Shown here: one piece after another, positions 16,652 to 25,837 of the stretch
Layout of the letters: every line of letters begins with the position of its first letter
How positions within the stretch are numbered: the stretch's first letter is position 1
Source: Nitratidesulfovibrio vulgaris str. Hildenborough
GTDB lineage: Bacteria; Desulfobacterota; Desulfovibrionia; Desulfovibrionales; Desulfovibrionaceae
DNA: 32,000 nucleotides
Direction: 5' to 3'
Assembly: GCF_000195755.1 (NCBI RefSeq)
Contig: NC_002937.3
Location: 1,200,001 to 1,232,000 of the forward strand
Program-made: the position numbers and the translations under genes
Notes under the pieces: model-generated
The model's input: only the letters and a program-made list of their open reading frames with translations
Databases searched by the model: none
What the model was told of the DNA's origin: nothing

Positions 16652-18337
16652 TTACGCGGCCTTGAGCCGGGGATCGAAGGCACTGCCCGCGTAGGCGTAG
16701 TTGGCGAACAGCTTGATCTGCCGGATGATGGGAATGCCGATGAGCGTGGCCTCTACGGCGACGCCGTTGTTCACGTAGTCCTGCCCCGGCGGGATGGTGA
16801 CCACATACCCCGCCATCTCGGGCGGCACGGCGGCGGTCATGGTGGTCAGGGCGCTTTCGAGGTTGGTACGCAGGTATTGCAGCCCGGCGGCGTTCTCCGG
16901 CACGAGCGGGTCGCCCAGTTCGTCGTACATGGACTTGAGCGCCGCGATACGCAGCTTGCGGACGGCCTTGAACACCACGCGCAGCACCTCTTCGTACTGG
17001 AAGTCGCTGGTGACCTCGGCCATGGTGCGCGAGTCTGCCCAGTAGGCCCCGCGAAGGCCGGCATAGGTCTTGGCGGTGACGTAGCCGGCCTTTTCAAGGG
17101 CACCCTGCACGGCCTCGTTCCATCCTGCGGGCAGCACGCCCGGCGCGATGGCTCCGTCACGCACCCGGCCCGTGGCCCGCTGTACCGGGATGGAGAGCAC
17201 CCGCCCGGCCTGAAGGCCGCCGAAGTTGCGCGTCTTGCGCTGGCCCGTGGCGTCGGTCACCTCGCCGAACTGGGCGCACACCTGCACGAAGCGGCCACTG
17301 AAGGCCTCACGTTCCACCAGAAGACCGGCCACCCAGTCGTTCAGGTCTTCGCCGTCGTAGGGCAGGCGGACCTCAAGCTTGAAGTAGGTGGGCCTGTGCA
17401 GGTTCCACAACTCGTCGGCCTTGGCCTGTGCCGCCGCCCAGTCCACAGAGTCGGACGGGCCGACGATGTGGACGAACTCCACGTCGTACAGTTCGAGGGG
17501 ACGTTGCAGCGTGGCCATCACGTCCACGATGGAGGGCACCGGGGCCAGCAGCGTGGCCGCGTAGCTTGTGCCGCCAACGTAGTCCCCTGCGGGGAAGGTG
17601 ATGGTGATGCCCGTGTCGCCAGCCGGGGCCGTGCCGTCCACGGGGATGGTGCGCACGGCGGTGAAGGTGTCGCCACCATCGAGCGAGAGGCGGTACGTGC
17701 CCTCGTTGCGGGCACCGCCGCGCATGATCTCCAGCACCAGTTCACCCCCCACCTTGGGCGTGCCCGCCAGCGTGATGGCCGGGCCGGTTCCGGTGCGGGT
17801 CACGGGGCCGACGTCCATGCGGGCCTTGCAGGCATACGTGGTTGCGGTCTTCAGTTCGCCCGCGTCGGGAAAGGTGAAGGTGACCCCGGTGCCGGGCACG
17901 GTGATCTGCGTGGCCGAAGCCTGCTGTGTCTCGAAGGTGGCCCCGCCATCCTTGGACAGTTGCACGCTGGCCAGCCCCACGGTGCCGTCGCTGGCCACCT
18001 TGAGCACGATGTCCGCGTTGGCCTGCGGAACGCCGGTGACCTTGACCGCCGCGCCGGGGCCGGACTGGCGCACGGGTGAGATATAGCCCGCAGGCTGTCC
18101 GGCCACGGGCACGGCGATGACGGTGGGGTTCTGCCCGCCTGTGGCGAAGACGTCGCGCAAGGCGTCCACCAGCGGCCCCACGCCCAGCAGGCCCGCAAGG
18201 TCGCTTCGCTTGCCGAGCAGGTAGCCCTTGCCGGGTTCGCCCCTGGAGCACACGCCCACGATCATGGCGGCACCGTCCACGCCGCCGGGCGCGAGGCCCG
18301 AGGTTCCATCCACGAGATATTCGAGTACGTCGCCCAT
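16652..18337 (-). CDS. Tail sheath protein
   Basis: 561 aa, upstream of the tube gene. Assignment from synteny and size, with coding-like composition throughout. Confidence 0.75.
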   Translation of the reverse strand: MGDVLEYLVDGTSGLAPGGVDGAAMIVGVCSRGEPGKGYLLGKRSDLAGLLGVGPLVDALRDVFATGGQNPTVIAVPVAGQPAGYISPVRQSGPGAAVKVTGVPQANADIVLKVASDGTVGLASVQLSKDGGATFETQQASATQITVPGTGVTFTFPDAGELKTATTYACKARMDVGPVTRTGTGPAITLAGTPKVGGELVLEIMRGGARNEGTYRLSLDGGDTFTAVRTIPVDGTAPAGDTGITITFPAGDYVGGTSYAATLLAPVPSIVDVMATLQRPLELYDVEFVHIVGPSDSVDWAAAQAKADELWNLHRPTYFKLEVRLPYDGEDLNDWVAGLLVEREAFSGRFVQVCAQFGEVTDATGQRKTRNFGGLQAGRVLSIPVQRATGRVRDGAIAPGVLPAGWNEAVQGALEKAGYVTAKTYAGLRGAYWADSRTMAEVTSDFQYEEVLRVVFKAVRKLRIAALKSMYDELGDPLVPENAAGLQYLRTNLESALTTMTAAVPPEMAGYVVTIPPGQDYVNNGVAVEATLIGIPIIRQIKLFANYAYAGSAFDPRLKAA

Positions 18338-18346
18338 GCTGCCTCC

Positions 18347-18727
18347 CTATCGGCCACCCTGCGGACGGGCATGCAGCACGTCGAGGGCCTGTTCGTAGTC
18401 TTCGGTGGTGACGCGCTTGCCCGTCTCCCAGCCGCACAGCCGGGCCAGCGCGGCCTGCTGCCACGAGGGCACCCGGTAGCGCATGGCCAGTTCGTCCAGC
18501 GAGAGCAGCGAGAGGCCCGCCGCTGTTGCGGACGCGGGGGGCACGGCCCCGGTTTCGGAAGCCGTCTCTGCCTCTGCGGCCTGTCCTTCGGCCCCGGTGC
18601 CGTCCGTCATGTCAGGCGGCGTGCCCGGAGCCATGTCCGGGGTCATGCCGGGTGACATCTGGGGAGTGTCGGCGTTCTGCGTCGCCTGCTCTGCCTGTGC
18701 CGCCTGCGGGTCGTTCTTCTTTGCCAT
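18347..18727 (-). CDS. Hypothetical phage protein with a low-complexity Pro/Thr/Asp/Met/Ala N-terminal half (Mu gp38 slot)
   Basis: 126 aa ORF filling the gap between the gp37-like and sheath genes. The C-terminal LSLDELAMRYRVPSWQQAALARLCGWETGKRVTTEDYEQAL looks like a folded domain. Confidence 0.5.
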   Translation of the reverse strand: MAKKNDPQAAQAEQATQNADTPQMSPGMTPDMAPGTPPDMTDGTGAEGQAAEAETASETGAVPPASATAAGLSLLSLDELAMRYRVPSWQQAALARLCGWETGKRVTTEDYEQALDVLHARPQGGR

Positions 18728-18728
18728 G

Positions 18729-19265
18729 TCAGCCTCCCTGCCCCATGCGGGGCGTGATGGTTATGTCGGTGAGCAGGCGGACGACCTCTTCGGTGGCCAC
18801 CCGCCATGTGAAGTCGATGGTGAACAGGCGCGAGCGCTTGGTGAACACGTTCACCGTCGCGGCGCCCACGCGCTTCTCGGCGTAGCCTGCGAACTCCGCC
18901 CGCTGCACGCGTACGGCCACCCACAGCCCTCGGGCATCGTTCACGCCGGGGGGCAATGCCGCGACGAAGGCGGGGGTGAAGGCGTCCAGCCATGCATCGT
19001 CATCAGCCAGAACGTGGGCCACGACAGGCAACCGGACGGCGTAGAGTTCACGCCGGGTGCGTTGCACCGGCGGGGTCGACGCCCCGTCGCGCTGGCGGCA
19101 CAGCACACGCCCGGTTCGCAGGTAGCTTTCGGGCAGGTACTGCACTTCAAGACGCGGGCGCGGCAGCGTGATGTTGTCCTTGGCGCTCTGCGTGGTGACG
19201 CGCCCGGCGGGCAGGCCAGCGGCCTCTGCCGCCGTGGCGATGATGGAGTGGGCCAGCGTTCTCAA
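18729..19265 (-). CDS. Head-tail joining / tail terminator-like protein (Mu gp37 slot); TTG start proposed
   Basis: There is no ATG near the upstream gene stop. TTG at 19265 is preceded by GGGAG 7 nt upstream. The longer track ORF (to 19553) overlaps the G-like gene out of frame. Confidence 0.45.
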   Translation of the reverse strand: MRTLAHSIIATAAEAAGLPAGRVTTQSAKDNITLPRPRLEVQYLPESYLRTGRVLCRQRDGASTPPVQRTRRELYAVRLPVVAHVLADDDAWLDAFTPAFVAALPPGVNDARGLWVAVRVQRAEFAGYAEKRVGAATVNVFTKRSRLFTIDFTWRVATEEVVRLLTDITITPRMGQGG

Positions 19266-19279
19266 CTCTTCGCTCCCGG

Positions 19280-19720
19280 TCAGCGCCTGAAGGCGCTGGC
19301 TAGATGCTGCGCGAGGAGGTTCTGCACCTCTTTCGCGTCTTCCTGTGACAGGCCGAGGTAGGGCCTTGCAGGCATGGTCACCGCGTGGCCGCGCCCGGTC
19401 TTGCCGCCATATTGATGTATGGCCGCGTATTCCACGGCTGTGCCCACCAGCACGGCGTCGTTCGTGACGGCATGACCGATGGAGTTGCGAAGCCGCGCCG
19501 TATCCACCAGCGTCTGCCCCTCTTCCTCCTTGGCCCTGTGTGACGCCTCCCATGGTTCACCGTCCGGCCCTTCGCCATCGCGGAACCGCTGGATGGTGGA
19601 CGACACGAGCGTCTCGCCCACGGCATCGAGTATGGCCCGCCTGTTCGCCAGTTCTCTGGCGGCCCGGCCCAGCGTCCGGTCAAGGCCGTTCCATTCGAGT
19701 GAGACTCCTGTCTTGGCCAT
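19280..19720 (-). CDS. Virion morphogenesis / tail completion protein (Mu G-like)
   Basis: 146 aa from the internal start MAKTGVSLEWNGLDRTLG at 19720, forming a TGATG junction with the upstream gene. Matches my recollection of the gpG/tail-S family pattern (STIQRF...GPDG.PW...LVDTARLRNSI...AAIHQYGG). Confidence 0.7.
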   Translation of the reverse strand: MAKTGVSLEWNGLDRTLGRAARELANRRAILDAVGETLVSSTIQRFRDGEGPDGEPWEASHRAKEEEGQTLVDTARLRNSIGHAVTNDAVLVGTAVEYAAIHQYGGKTGRGHAVTMPARPYLGLSQEDAKEVQNLLAQHLASAFRR

Positions 19721-20151
19721 CAGAACCCTCTTCGATCGAACAGCGGGGGACGAGTGACCACGGCCACGCTGGCCTCCTCGCGGTCGGTGTTCAGTTCCTG
19801 CGCAGGGGGCGGCAGCCGTAGCCGCCCGGCGGCGATGTCGTCGAGTTGGGCGGTGACTCGCTTCCACTGCTGTTGCAGGGGCAGCCACTCGTTGTTGGTG
19901 CTGCCCTCGGTGTCCACCAGTGACGTGATGGCCTGCACGATGCGGTACGCCGCGATCACCGAGGTGATGTACCGCAGCAGGTCGGGGACGGCGGGCAACG
20001 GGGTGACATACCGCCACGCGAGCATGGCGGTCACTTCGCCGGATACCGCCGCGATGGTGCGTTCGACGATGCCGGGGTTCTTCTGCTCGGCCACGGTCAC
20101 GTAGTCCTCGAGCAGCAGGTCGGTGATGTGGTCTCTGGTGCAGTATTCCAT
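19720..20151 (-). CDS. Head-tail connector protein, DUF1320 / Mu gp36-like
   Basis: 143 aa. The N-terminal MEYCTRDHITDLLLEDYV pattern is typical of gp36-like proteins. Downstream of the capsid gene. Confidence 0.7.
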   Translation of the reverse strand: MEYCTRDHITDLLLEDYVTVAEQKNPGIVERTIAAVSGEVTAMLAWRYVTPLPAVPDLLRYITSVIAAYRIVQAITSLVDTEGSTNNEWLPLQQQWKRVTAQLDDIAAGRLRLPPPAQELNTDREEASVAVVTRPPLFDRRGF

Positions 20152-20164
20152 GGTCGTTCCCGGC

Positions 20165-20185
20165 GTTTCATACTGGTTTCATACT
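20165..20185. repeat. Tandem 11-bp-period direct repeat GTTTCATACT(g)GTTTCATACT; on the minus strand AGTATGAAAC x2, 14 nt upstream of the gp36-like ATG
   Basis: Read directly from the sequence. It is an AT-richer patch inside the 280-bp non-coding gap after the capsid gene. Confidence 0.6.
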
Positions 20186-20431
20186 AGTCTGAAGGGCCGC
20201 CCCCCTGCCGTTGCCCGTTCCAGCCCTTTCGCGGCCCCTACGGGCCTTTGCCCGGTCGCCGCCCTCCGTGAAGACTCACGGCGGGCGAGAAGTTGCCTAG
20301 CCTCCTGCGCTACGGGGATTTTGTTCACCGGCTAGGAAGGCCCGCCGCGAGCGAGGGAGCGTACATTGTGGGTACGTGACCGCAGCGCGCGGCGTGGCCT
20401 GACGCAGCCGGTGGGCAAAAGGACGTAGCGC

Positions 20432-21427
20432 CTAGTCCACCGCCACGGTCTTGCAGATAGTCCTCGGATTCCGTGCGGGCAGGGGCTTGGACTGGGCGAT
20501 GAGCCGGTAGCCGGAGTCGCCCGGCAGGGGTTCGGGCACCACATAGAACGGGGTGGCGCTGTTGGCTGCGCTGATGGAGTCGATGGCGCAGTACCAGACC
20601 TTGCCCGGCACGTCGGTGGCGTATCCCACCAGCGCCTTGCGTTCGAGCTTGGGCGTCCATGTCCCGGTGACCGGGTGCGGATAGGTCTCGTCCATCAGGG
20701 CCACGGAGAAGCCGCCGATGCTCAACTTGCCCTCGCTCATCTCGACGCGGATGCCTCCGCCTTCGGCTGTGCTCGTCCAGCCTTGGCAGATGTCCAGCAG
20801 CACGGCGAAGACGTCGGCCCCTGCGTGGAACGCGACCTTGCCGCCGATGCCGCTTTCACGGATGCGGGTACGCATGGCCGTGAGCAGCTTGAACACCTCG
20901 CTGACCTTGGACGATGCCGTGAGTTTGGCCTGCATGGTGTGGTTGAGGATGCTGCCGTAGTCGATGACGTAGCTTTCGCTGTTGCCGCCATCGCCCCGCG
21001 AGGGCCAGTTCACCTGCCCGGTGTAGAGCACCACCGAGGCCATGGCCTCTGTGGTGTCGCGCACGAGGCGGCGCAGGGTGTCGATCTTGTTGCTACGCCA
21101 CATGTCGAGGGCTGCGGCGTTGCCGAGGATCATGCGCAGGTCGTTCAGTTCCGCCGCCGTCACTTCGATGGCGGGCTTCACGGGCTTGGGGGCGATGAGT
21201 TGCACGTCATAGCCTTCGCCGCCCACGGCCACGGGCTGGCCGCCACGCCGCACCACGGGCACGGTGCCCACGATGGCGGTGAGTTCGCCCACCCCCACCA
21301 CGGGGAAGGGATGCGTGGGCCTGTCGGGAAAGGCGGTGTCGAGCACGGTGGTGGCGAGGTCGGGCAGCTTGGTGAGCGATGCCGCGATAGCCTGCGCCGT
21401 GAATACGTTCTTGAGTGATGCAAGCAT
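20432..21427 (-). CDS. Major capsid protein (lambda gpE-like family)
   Basis: Internal start MLASLKNVFTAQAI at 21427, preceded by AGGAGA. 331 aa. Follows a decoration-protein gene as in lambda D/E. The Arg-rich N-terminal extension of the track ORF is rejected. Confidence 0.8.
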   Translation of the reverse strand: MLASLKNVFTAQAIAASLTKLPDLATTVLDTAFPDRPTHPFPVVGVGELTAIVGTVPVVRRGGQPVAVGGEGYDVQLIAPKPVKPAIEVTAAELNDLRMILGNAAALDMWRSNKIDTLRRLVRDTTEAMASVVLYTGQVNWPSRGDGGNSESYVIDYGSILNHTMQAKLTASSKVSEVFKLLTAMRTRIRESGIGGKVAFHAGADVFAVLLDICQGWTSTAEGGGIRVEMSEGKLSIGGFSVALMDETYPHPVTGTWTPKLERKALVGYATDVPGKVWYCAIDSISAANSATPFYVVPEPLPGDSGYRLIAQSKPLPARNPRTICKTVAVD

Positions 21428-21435
21428 GATGTCTC

Positions 21436-21783
21436 CTACAGGGCGTAGATGGTGGCCTTTTCGAGGCTGCGAAGGTCGGCGGGGGTGAGGGTCGCGCCGC
21501 CTGTCTTGGTCAGAGCGGCGGCCCGTACCGAGCCGTGGGCCAGATAGATGCAGCTTGCGCTGGTGGCGGTGTCGCAGGGGACGTCGCACACGCCCGCAGG
21601 CGTGGCGGAGCCGTCCCACGGCACGAGCTTGTCCTGCGCGTCGCGCATGAGGACGAGGCCAGCGGGGTAGATGCCGCTGGAGGCCTTCACCGCGCCCTGA
21701 CGCAGCACGGGCGGGTGATCCATGGTGTGGGCGTGTTCACCCTTGAAAGAGAAGGTGCCGAGCACCCCTTCGTTGGCGGGCAT
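21436..21783 (-). CDS. Head decoration protein (lambda gpD-like)
   Basis: 115 aa between the protease/scaffold and capsid genes. The pattern SGIYPAGLVLMRD...LVPWDG and the size fit the gpD-like family. Confidence 0.7.
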   Translation of the reverse strand: MPANEGVLGTFSFKGEHAHTMDHPPVLRQGAVKASSGIYPAGLVLMRDAQDKLVPWDGSATPAGVCDVPCDTATSASCIYLAHGSVRAAALTKTGGATLTPADLRSLEKATIYAL

Positions 21784-21798
21784 GGTGTCGTCTCCTTG

Positions 21799-22749
21799 CT
21801 AGATCTTGCGTGAGAGGTCGGGGGTGGAGGCTTCGGGCTGGCGGAACGGGGGATGGGCCGGGCCATGGGCCGGGCCGCCGGGCGCGGAGAAGGTCATGGC
21901 AAGGCCGGAGGGGGTGCGGGCCTCAAGCCCCTTCCAGAGACGCTCCTCCAGCGTCTCTTTGACGCCGTCGCTGAACTCCACGGGGTCGGGCACCTTCGAG
22001 AGGGCCTCGACCTGTGCGAGGATGTCCTTGTGTTCGCCGGGGGTGACCCGGCCTTCGGCGGTGAGGCGTTCGAGGCGGGCCATGCGGGACGCCTTGACCT
22101 GCTCGCCACGGTAGGCGGAGAACTCCGCTTCGACCGTGGCCTTGCCTTCTTCTGCGGTGGCCTTGGCCTGCTCGGCCTCGGCACGGCCTTTCTCGCTGGT
22201 GGCCAGCTGTTCCTTGAGCGCGGCGTTGGCCTCGTTCAGGGCCTGCAGCTGCTGCTCCAGTGCGCCGAGGCGCTTCTGCAACTCTTCAGGGGTCATGCTT
22301 CCTCCGGGGGCTTCACGCCCCGACGCGGCGAACTGGATGGAGACGACGCCCTCGCCGTCGGCCAGTTGCACCGGGCCGAGGCCCTTGATGGCTGGCGGTA
22401 CGGCTCCCAGCAGCCCCACATGCCGCAGGCGATCGCCGCCGGGGTGCAGGGCCATGGACACGTACCGATAGGCCCCACTCTGCACGACCTCGCGCACGGC
22501 TGCCGGAACCTGTGCAAGCTGTGCGAGCAATGTCTCTCCGTCACGCCGCAGGGCTTGCACCCAGCCGTAGGCCGGAGCGTCTTCGGCGGGGTGCCCGAAC
22601 ACCAGCGGGGCCTCTTCGGTGGCGGGGTCGTAGTTGCGGATGATGGCGTCGAAGTCGCGGGTCGTGAACGTATGGCTCTTGCCGCTGCTGTCCTTCCATG
22701 TGCCGGTGCGGGCGATGGCTATCCACGCGGTTTCGGGCTGTGCTGTCAT
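21799..22749 (-). CDS. Prohead protease/scaffold (Mu gpI-like) with a coiled-coil C-terminal half
   Basis: Internal start MTAQPETAWIAIARTG at 22749, preceded by AAGGAG. The N-terminal block (IARTGTWKDSSGKSHTFT..DFDAII.NYD..PLVFGHP) is Mu I-like. The Ala/Glu/Lys-rich helical region is scaffold-like. Confidence 0.78.
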   Translation of the reverse strand: MTAQPETAWIAIARTGTWKDSSGKSHTFTTRDFDAIIRNYDPATEEAPLVFGHPAEDAPAYGWVQALRRDGETLLAQLAQVPAAVREVVQSGAYRYVSMALHPGGDRLRHVGLLGAVPPAIKGLGPVQLADGEGVVSIQFAASGREAPGGSMTPEELQKRLGALEQQLQALNEANAALKEQLATSEKGRAEAEQAKATAEEGKATVEAEFSAYRGEQVKASRMARLERLTAEGRVTPGEHKDILAQVEALSKVPDPVEFSDGVKETLEERLWKGLEARTPSGLAMTFSAPGGPAHGPAHPPFRQPEASTPDLSRKI

Positions 22750-22938
22750 GTTGACTCCTTGGCAATGAGGGCTTACGTGTTGCGTACAAAAGGCGATGAC
22801 TATGCCTAGTTGCTTCCACCCCTCCATTGCGGAGAGATGGGACGGCGCTTGACGGCATAACCACTGAACCTCCGGCAGGCGGAGGGTCGCAAGTAAGTGG
22901 GTCGCCTGCCTCGTCTGGCCTGCCCTTTCGGGGCTGTC

Positions 22939-24243
22939 TTATTCCCCCTCCCGATAGAGCAGCGTCCCTGCGCGCTGCCGCTCCAGATACTCCAGCATGC
23001 TCTTGGTGTTCGTCCCCTTCGGGTTGAACACCGTGCTGCCGTGCCAGTTACGGCCTATGAGCGAGAACACGGCAAAGCCTCCGATGGTGGTTCCCTTTCC
23101 CCTGAAAAGGCGGATGAGGCGTAGCGCCGCATGCCTTCTTCCCGCGAGGGCGGCGGGTGTGAGCCATATCTCGTAGGGGGATTTGATCGTGCGAGCCAGC
23201 AGGCGCAGATAGGCTTCACGGCCCTCCTTGGTCACCTTGAACTCTCCGCTGGCCTTGTCGATGAGGAGGGCCTTGCTGATGACCACGGGCATCTTCACGC
23301 CCGGCAGCGTGATCACCGTGCTGGCGTCCATGTCGTTCAGGCCGAACTCGGCAAGGAAGGCCCGCACATATGCCGTGTGGGCCAGACCGCGCGGCAGCAG
23401 GTCTGCCTCGCGTATGGGCAGGATGTGACGCGGGTCGAGGGATGCGAGCGGAGGACGGCACGGGTCGCCCTTCTGGTCGTGGTCGGCAAAGGCCGGGCCG
23501 CCCCGGCGGCACAGGGCCGGGGCTTGCGGAAAGACCACCGCGCCGTCATCCAGTGGCGAGGGGGCGAGTCCCTGCAGCCAGTCCTTGCCGGGGTTGCCCG
23601 CAAAGCCCCTGTCCGGGCCGGGCATGTTCACGAAGTGCTCCATGCCCGTCTTGGCGTCCGTCCAGACCTGCGGCCCCGGCATGTTGCGCTCCACGGTCAG
23701 CCTTTCCGCCTCGACCTGACGGGGCGAGAGGCTGCGTACCGTGCAACGGCACTGGAATCCGTTGGGCGGGTAGTGAGCGTTCCAGAACTCGTGGTCGGCG
23801 GGGTAGACCTTGCCGTCGAGCACGGCGTGGGCTGGCCGGGTGCGCCTGTCCTGTACCGCCACATACTGCCAGTAGGGGCGGGCCTTGCTGGCCCTGCGCA
23901 TCTGGACGTAGCGCCCGGCCTGATAGGCCTGCTGCACGTTGGTGCGGAAGATGTTCTCCACCCGGCGGCCCTTCCAGCCCGCCTCTTCGATGATGGCGGC
24001 GGCCCGCTTCTGGAACGAGGCCAGCGTCTCTCCCTGTTCCAGAGCGTCTGCCAGCGCAGTCTGTAACGCACTCACCTGATCGAGCCGCGCCAGCCCCACC
24101 ACGGCAAAGGCCCGCGCCCGTGCTCCCGCTTCCAGCGACTTGAAGACCTCTGCGGTGATGGGCGTCTTGTCTCGCCAGAAGGCCAGCGCCTCTTCAGGCG
24201 GCAGCGGCTTGACCGTGAGTTCGGTGATGGAGGGGGGCATCAC
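22939..24243 (-). CDS. MuF-like head morphogenesis protein (gp30/SPP1 gp7 family) with a ~200 aa C-terminal region
   Basis: 434 aa. MuF core block YWQYVAVQDRRTRPAHAVLDGKVYPADHEFWNAHYPPNGFQCRCTV. ATGA-type overlap with the portal stop. Confidence 0.88.
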   Translation of the reverse strand: MMPPSITELTVKPLPPEEALAFWRDKTPITAEVFKSLEAGARARAFAVVGLARLDQVSALQTALADALEQGETLASFQKRAAAIIEEAGWKGRRVENIFRTNVQQAYQAGRYVQMRRASKARPYWQYVAVQDRRTRPAHAVLDGKVYPADHEFWNAHYPPNGFQCRCTVRSLSPRQVEAERLTVERNMPGPQVWTDAKTGMEHFVNMPGPDRGFAGNPGKDWLQGLAPSPLDDGAVVFPQAPALCRRGGPAFADHDQKGDPCRPPLASLDPRHILPIREADLLPRGLAHTAYVRAFLAEFGLNDMDASTVITLPGVKMPVVISKALLIDKASGEFKVTKEGREAYLRLLARTIKSPYEIWLTPAALAGRRHAALRLIRLFRGKGTTIGGFAVFSLIGRNWHGSTVFNPKGTNTKSMLEYLERQRAGTLLYREGE

Positions 24244-25832
24244 GCACCCCCTTGCTCTTCAGCTTCGGCGGCGGCGTGGCCATAGGCCGAGGCCGCGAGC
24301 ATGAGTTCGGTCAGCAACGATTCAAGGGCGTCCGGCTCCAAGGCCCTGCCCAGATGTTCCGCCAGCAGAAGATGCAGGTCGTTCCAGCTTTCCGCAGTCT
24401 GCACGGCTTTCTCAAGTTGCGTGACAATGGCGGCGTTCGCTCGCAGGGCTTCAGGCAGGTGACGCTCTATGGTGGCGTCGATGGTGCGTTGGGCCAGTTC
24501 GGCGAGCGACGCACCATCTTCCGGGTCGGGTTCGGAGGAGGTCGCCCGGGGGGACGAGAACAAGGCGGGGGACGCCGCGCCGCCCGGGGGCGTGGCTTCC
24601 GGCTGGCGCACATCGAACTCTTCGGGGTCGAGTGAATACGTTCTCTGGTAATGCGCCTTGCGGAACACCACCCCGGTGTCGGTGAGCGTCTTGTCCAGTT
24701 GCGCCTTGGCCAGCAGGTCTTCCGGCTCGCTGTAGGCGAAGAGCGGAGCAAGTGCCGCCGGGCGGTTGATCTGCGCGTAGACCCACGCGACCTCGTTCAG
24801 GGCCGCCTCCACCAGTCGGCGGTCGGCCTCGGCGATGTCGTCCGCCACGTCCTTGTGCGTGTCGGACGCTGCGCGTGAGCCGCCCTTGCCGTCCAGTTCC
24901 ACGGTGAGGGTCTGCCCCATGAGCACCTTGGATATGGAGGCGTCCCACCGGCGCAGGAAGGCTTCGTGCAGGTCACCCACCTGCCCTGTGGGCGTCTCGA
25001 TGCGTACATCCGCCCCGTGGGGGATGACGGCCACCGCGTCTTGCACCATGCGGGCGAGGTCTGCCGCCATGGCCCGCTTCTCATCCCTGCTGGCTCTGGC
25101 CGGGGCCACGCCCACGGCCCATGGCATGCCGTACTTCTCAAGAAAGGTGGTGTAGAAGGTGACGCCGCCCTTCTTGAAGGCCACGGGCCAGAGGCAACGC
25201 GAGAGCAGCCGCAGGCCGTAGGGGTTGCGATAGGTGGGGTGATGCCGGGCCACCACGAACTTGCCCGCAGGCAGGGGCGTGCCCTCTACCTGCGCGGCCC
25301 CGCGCCAGACGAGTTCATTCTCGGCATTGTAGCCGAACCATTCCGGCGGGCGGGGGGTGACATCCGCAAGGTGCCACCAGCCCCCGTCGAAACGCCAGAG
25401 CAGTTCGAGCGGTGTCATGCCGTAGTACGGCGCATCGAGGATGCCGGAGATGACCCCGGCAAGATCCCATCGCTCCATGTCTTCAGTGAGCCTGTCGCAT
25501 AGCAGCGTGGCGTCGGCATCTGCCTGCTGGCCTTTGCGCTGGCCCGGTTCCAGAGCGTAGTCACGGCGATTGAGCACCCGGTTCTTGCGGCCCAGCATGG
25601 CCGTGGTCACCTGATCGTCCGCCGCGAGGTCGTTGAGCACCAGTACATCGTCACCACGGGCGCGCAATACCGGGTCGGGGTCGGGCAGAATGCCGAGGTG
25701 GCTGCCCATGAGGGAAAGGAAGTCGCCCGCCCGCTCTCGCGTGGCGATCTCCGAGGTCAACGCCTCGGCGTCGAAGGGTCTGAAACTGCCGTCAGGCAGG
25801 TACAGGCCGCGTGGGCCTTGCGGGGTTTGCAT
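24240..25832 (-). CDS. Portal protein (DUF935 / Mu gp29-like)
   Basis: 530 aa, located between terminase and MuF. The sequence pattern is consistent with Mu-type portals. Confidence 0.88.
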   Translation of the reverse strand: MQTPQGPRGLYLPDGSFRPFDAEALTSEIATRERAGDFLSLMGSHLGILPDPDPVLRARGDDVLVLNDLAADDQVTTAMLGRKNRVLNRRDYALEPGQRKGQQADADATLLCDRLTEDMERWDLAGVISGILDAPYYGMTPLELLWRFDGGWWHLADVTPRPPEWFGYNAENELVWRGAAQVEGTPLPAGKFVVARHHPTYRNPYGLRLLSRCLWPVAFKKGGVTFYTTFLEKYGMPWAVGVAPARASRDEKRAMAADLARMVQDAVAVIPHGADVRIETPTGQVGDLHEAFLRRWDASISKVLMGQTLTVELDGKGGSRAASDTHKDVADDIAEADRRLVEAALNEVAWVYAQINRPAALAPLFAYSEPEDLLAKAQLDKTLTDTGVVFRKAHYQRTYSLDPEEFDVRQPEATPPGGAASPALFSSPRATSSEPDPEDGASLAELAQRTIDATIERHLPEALRANAAIVTQLEKAVQTAESWNDLHLLLAEHLGRALEPDALESLLTELMLAASAYGHAAAEAEEQGGA

Positions 25833-25837
25833 GAAAA

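Noticed and set aside
16157-18079. 640-aa plus-strand ORF; similar long plus-strand ORFs lie at 8153-9427, 11287-12783, 9237-10127, 9731-10543, 21853-22809, 23131-24066 and 27515-28681
   Set aside because: All are antisense to well-supported phage structural genes, lack SD sequences and have shadow-ORF composition (Gly/Arg/His/Ala runs).
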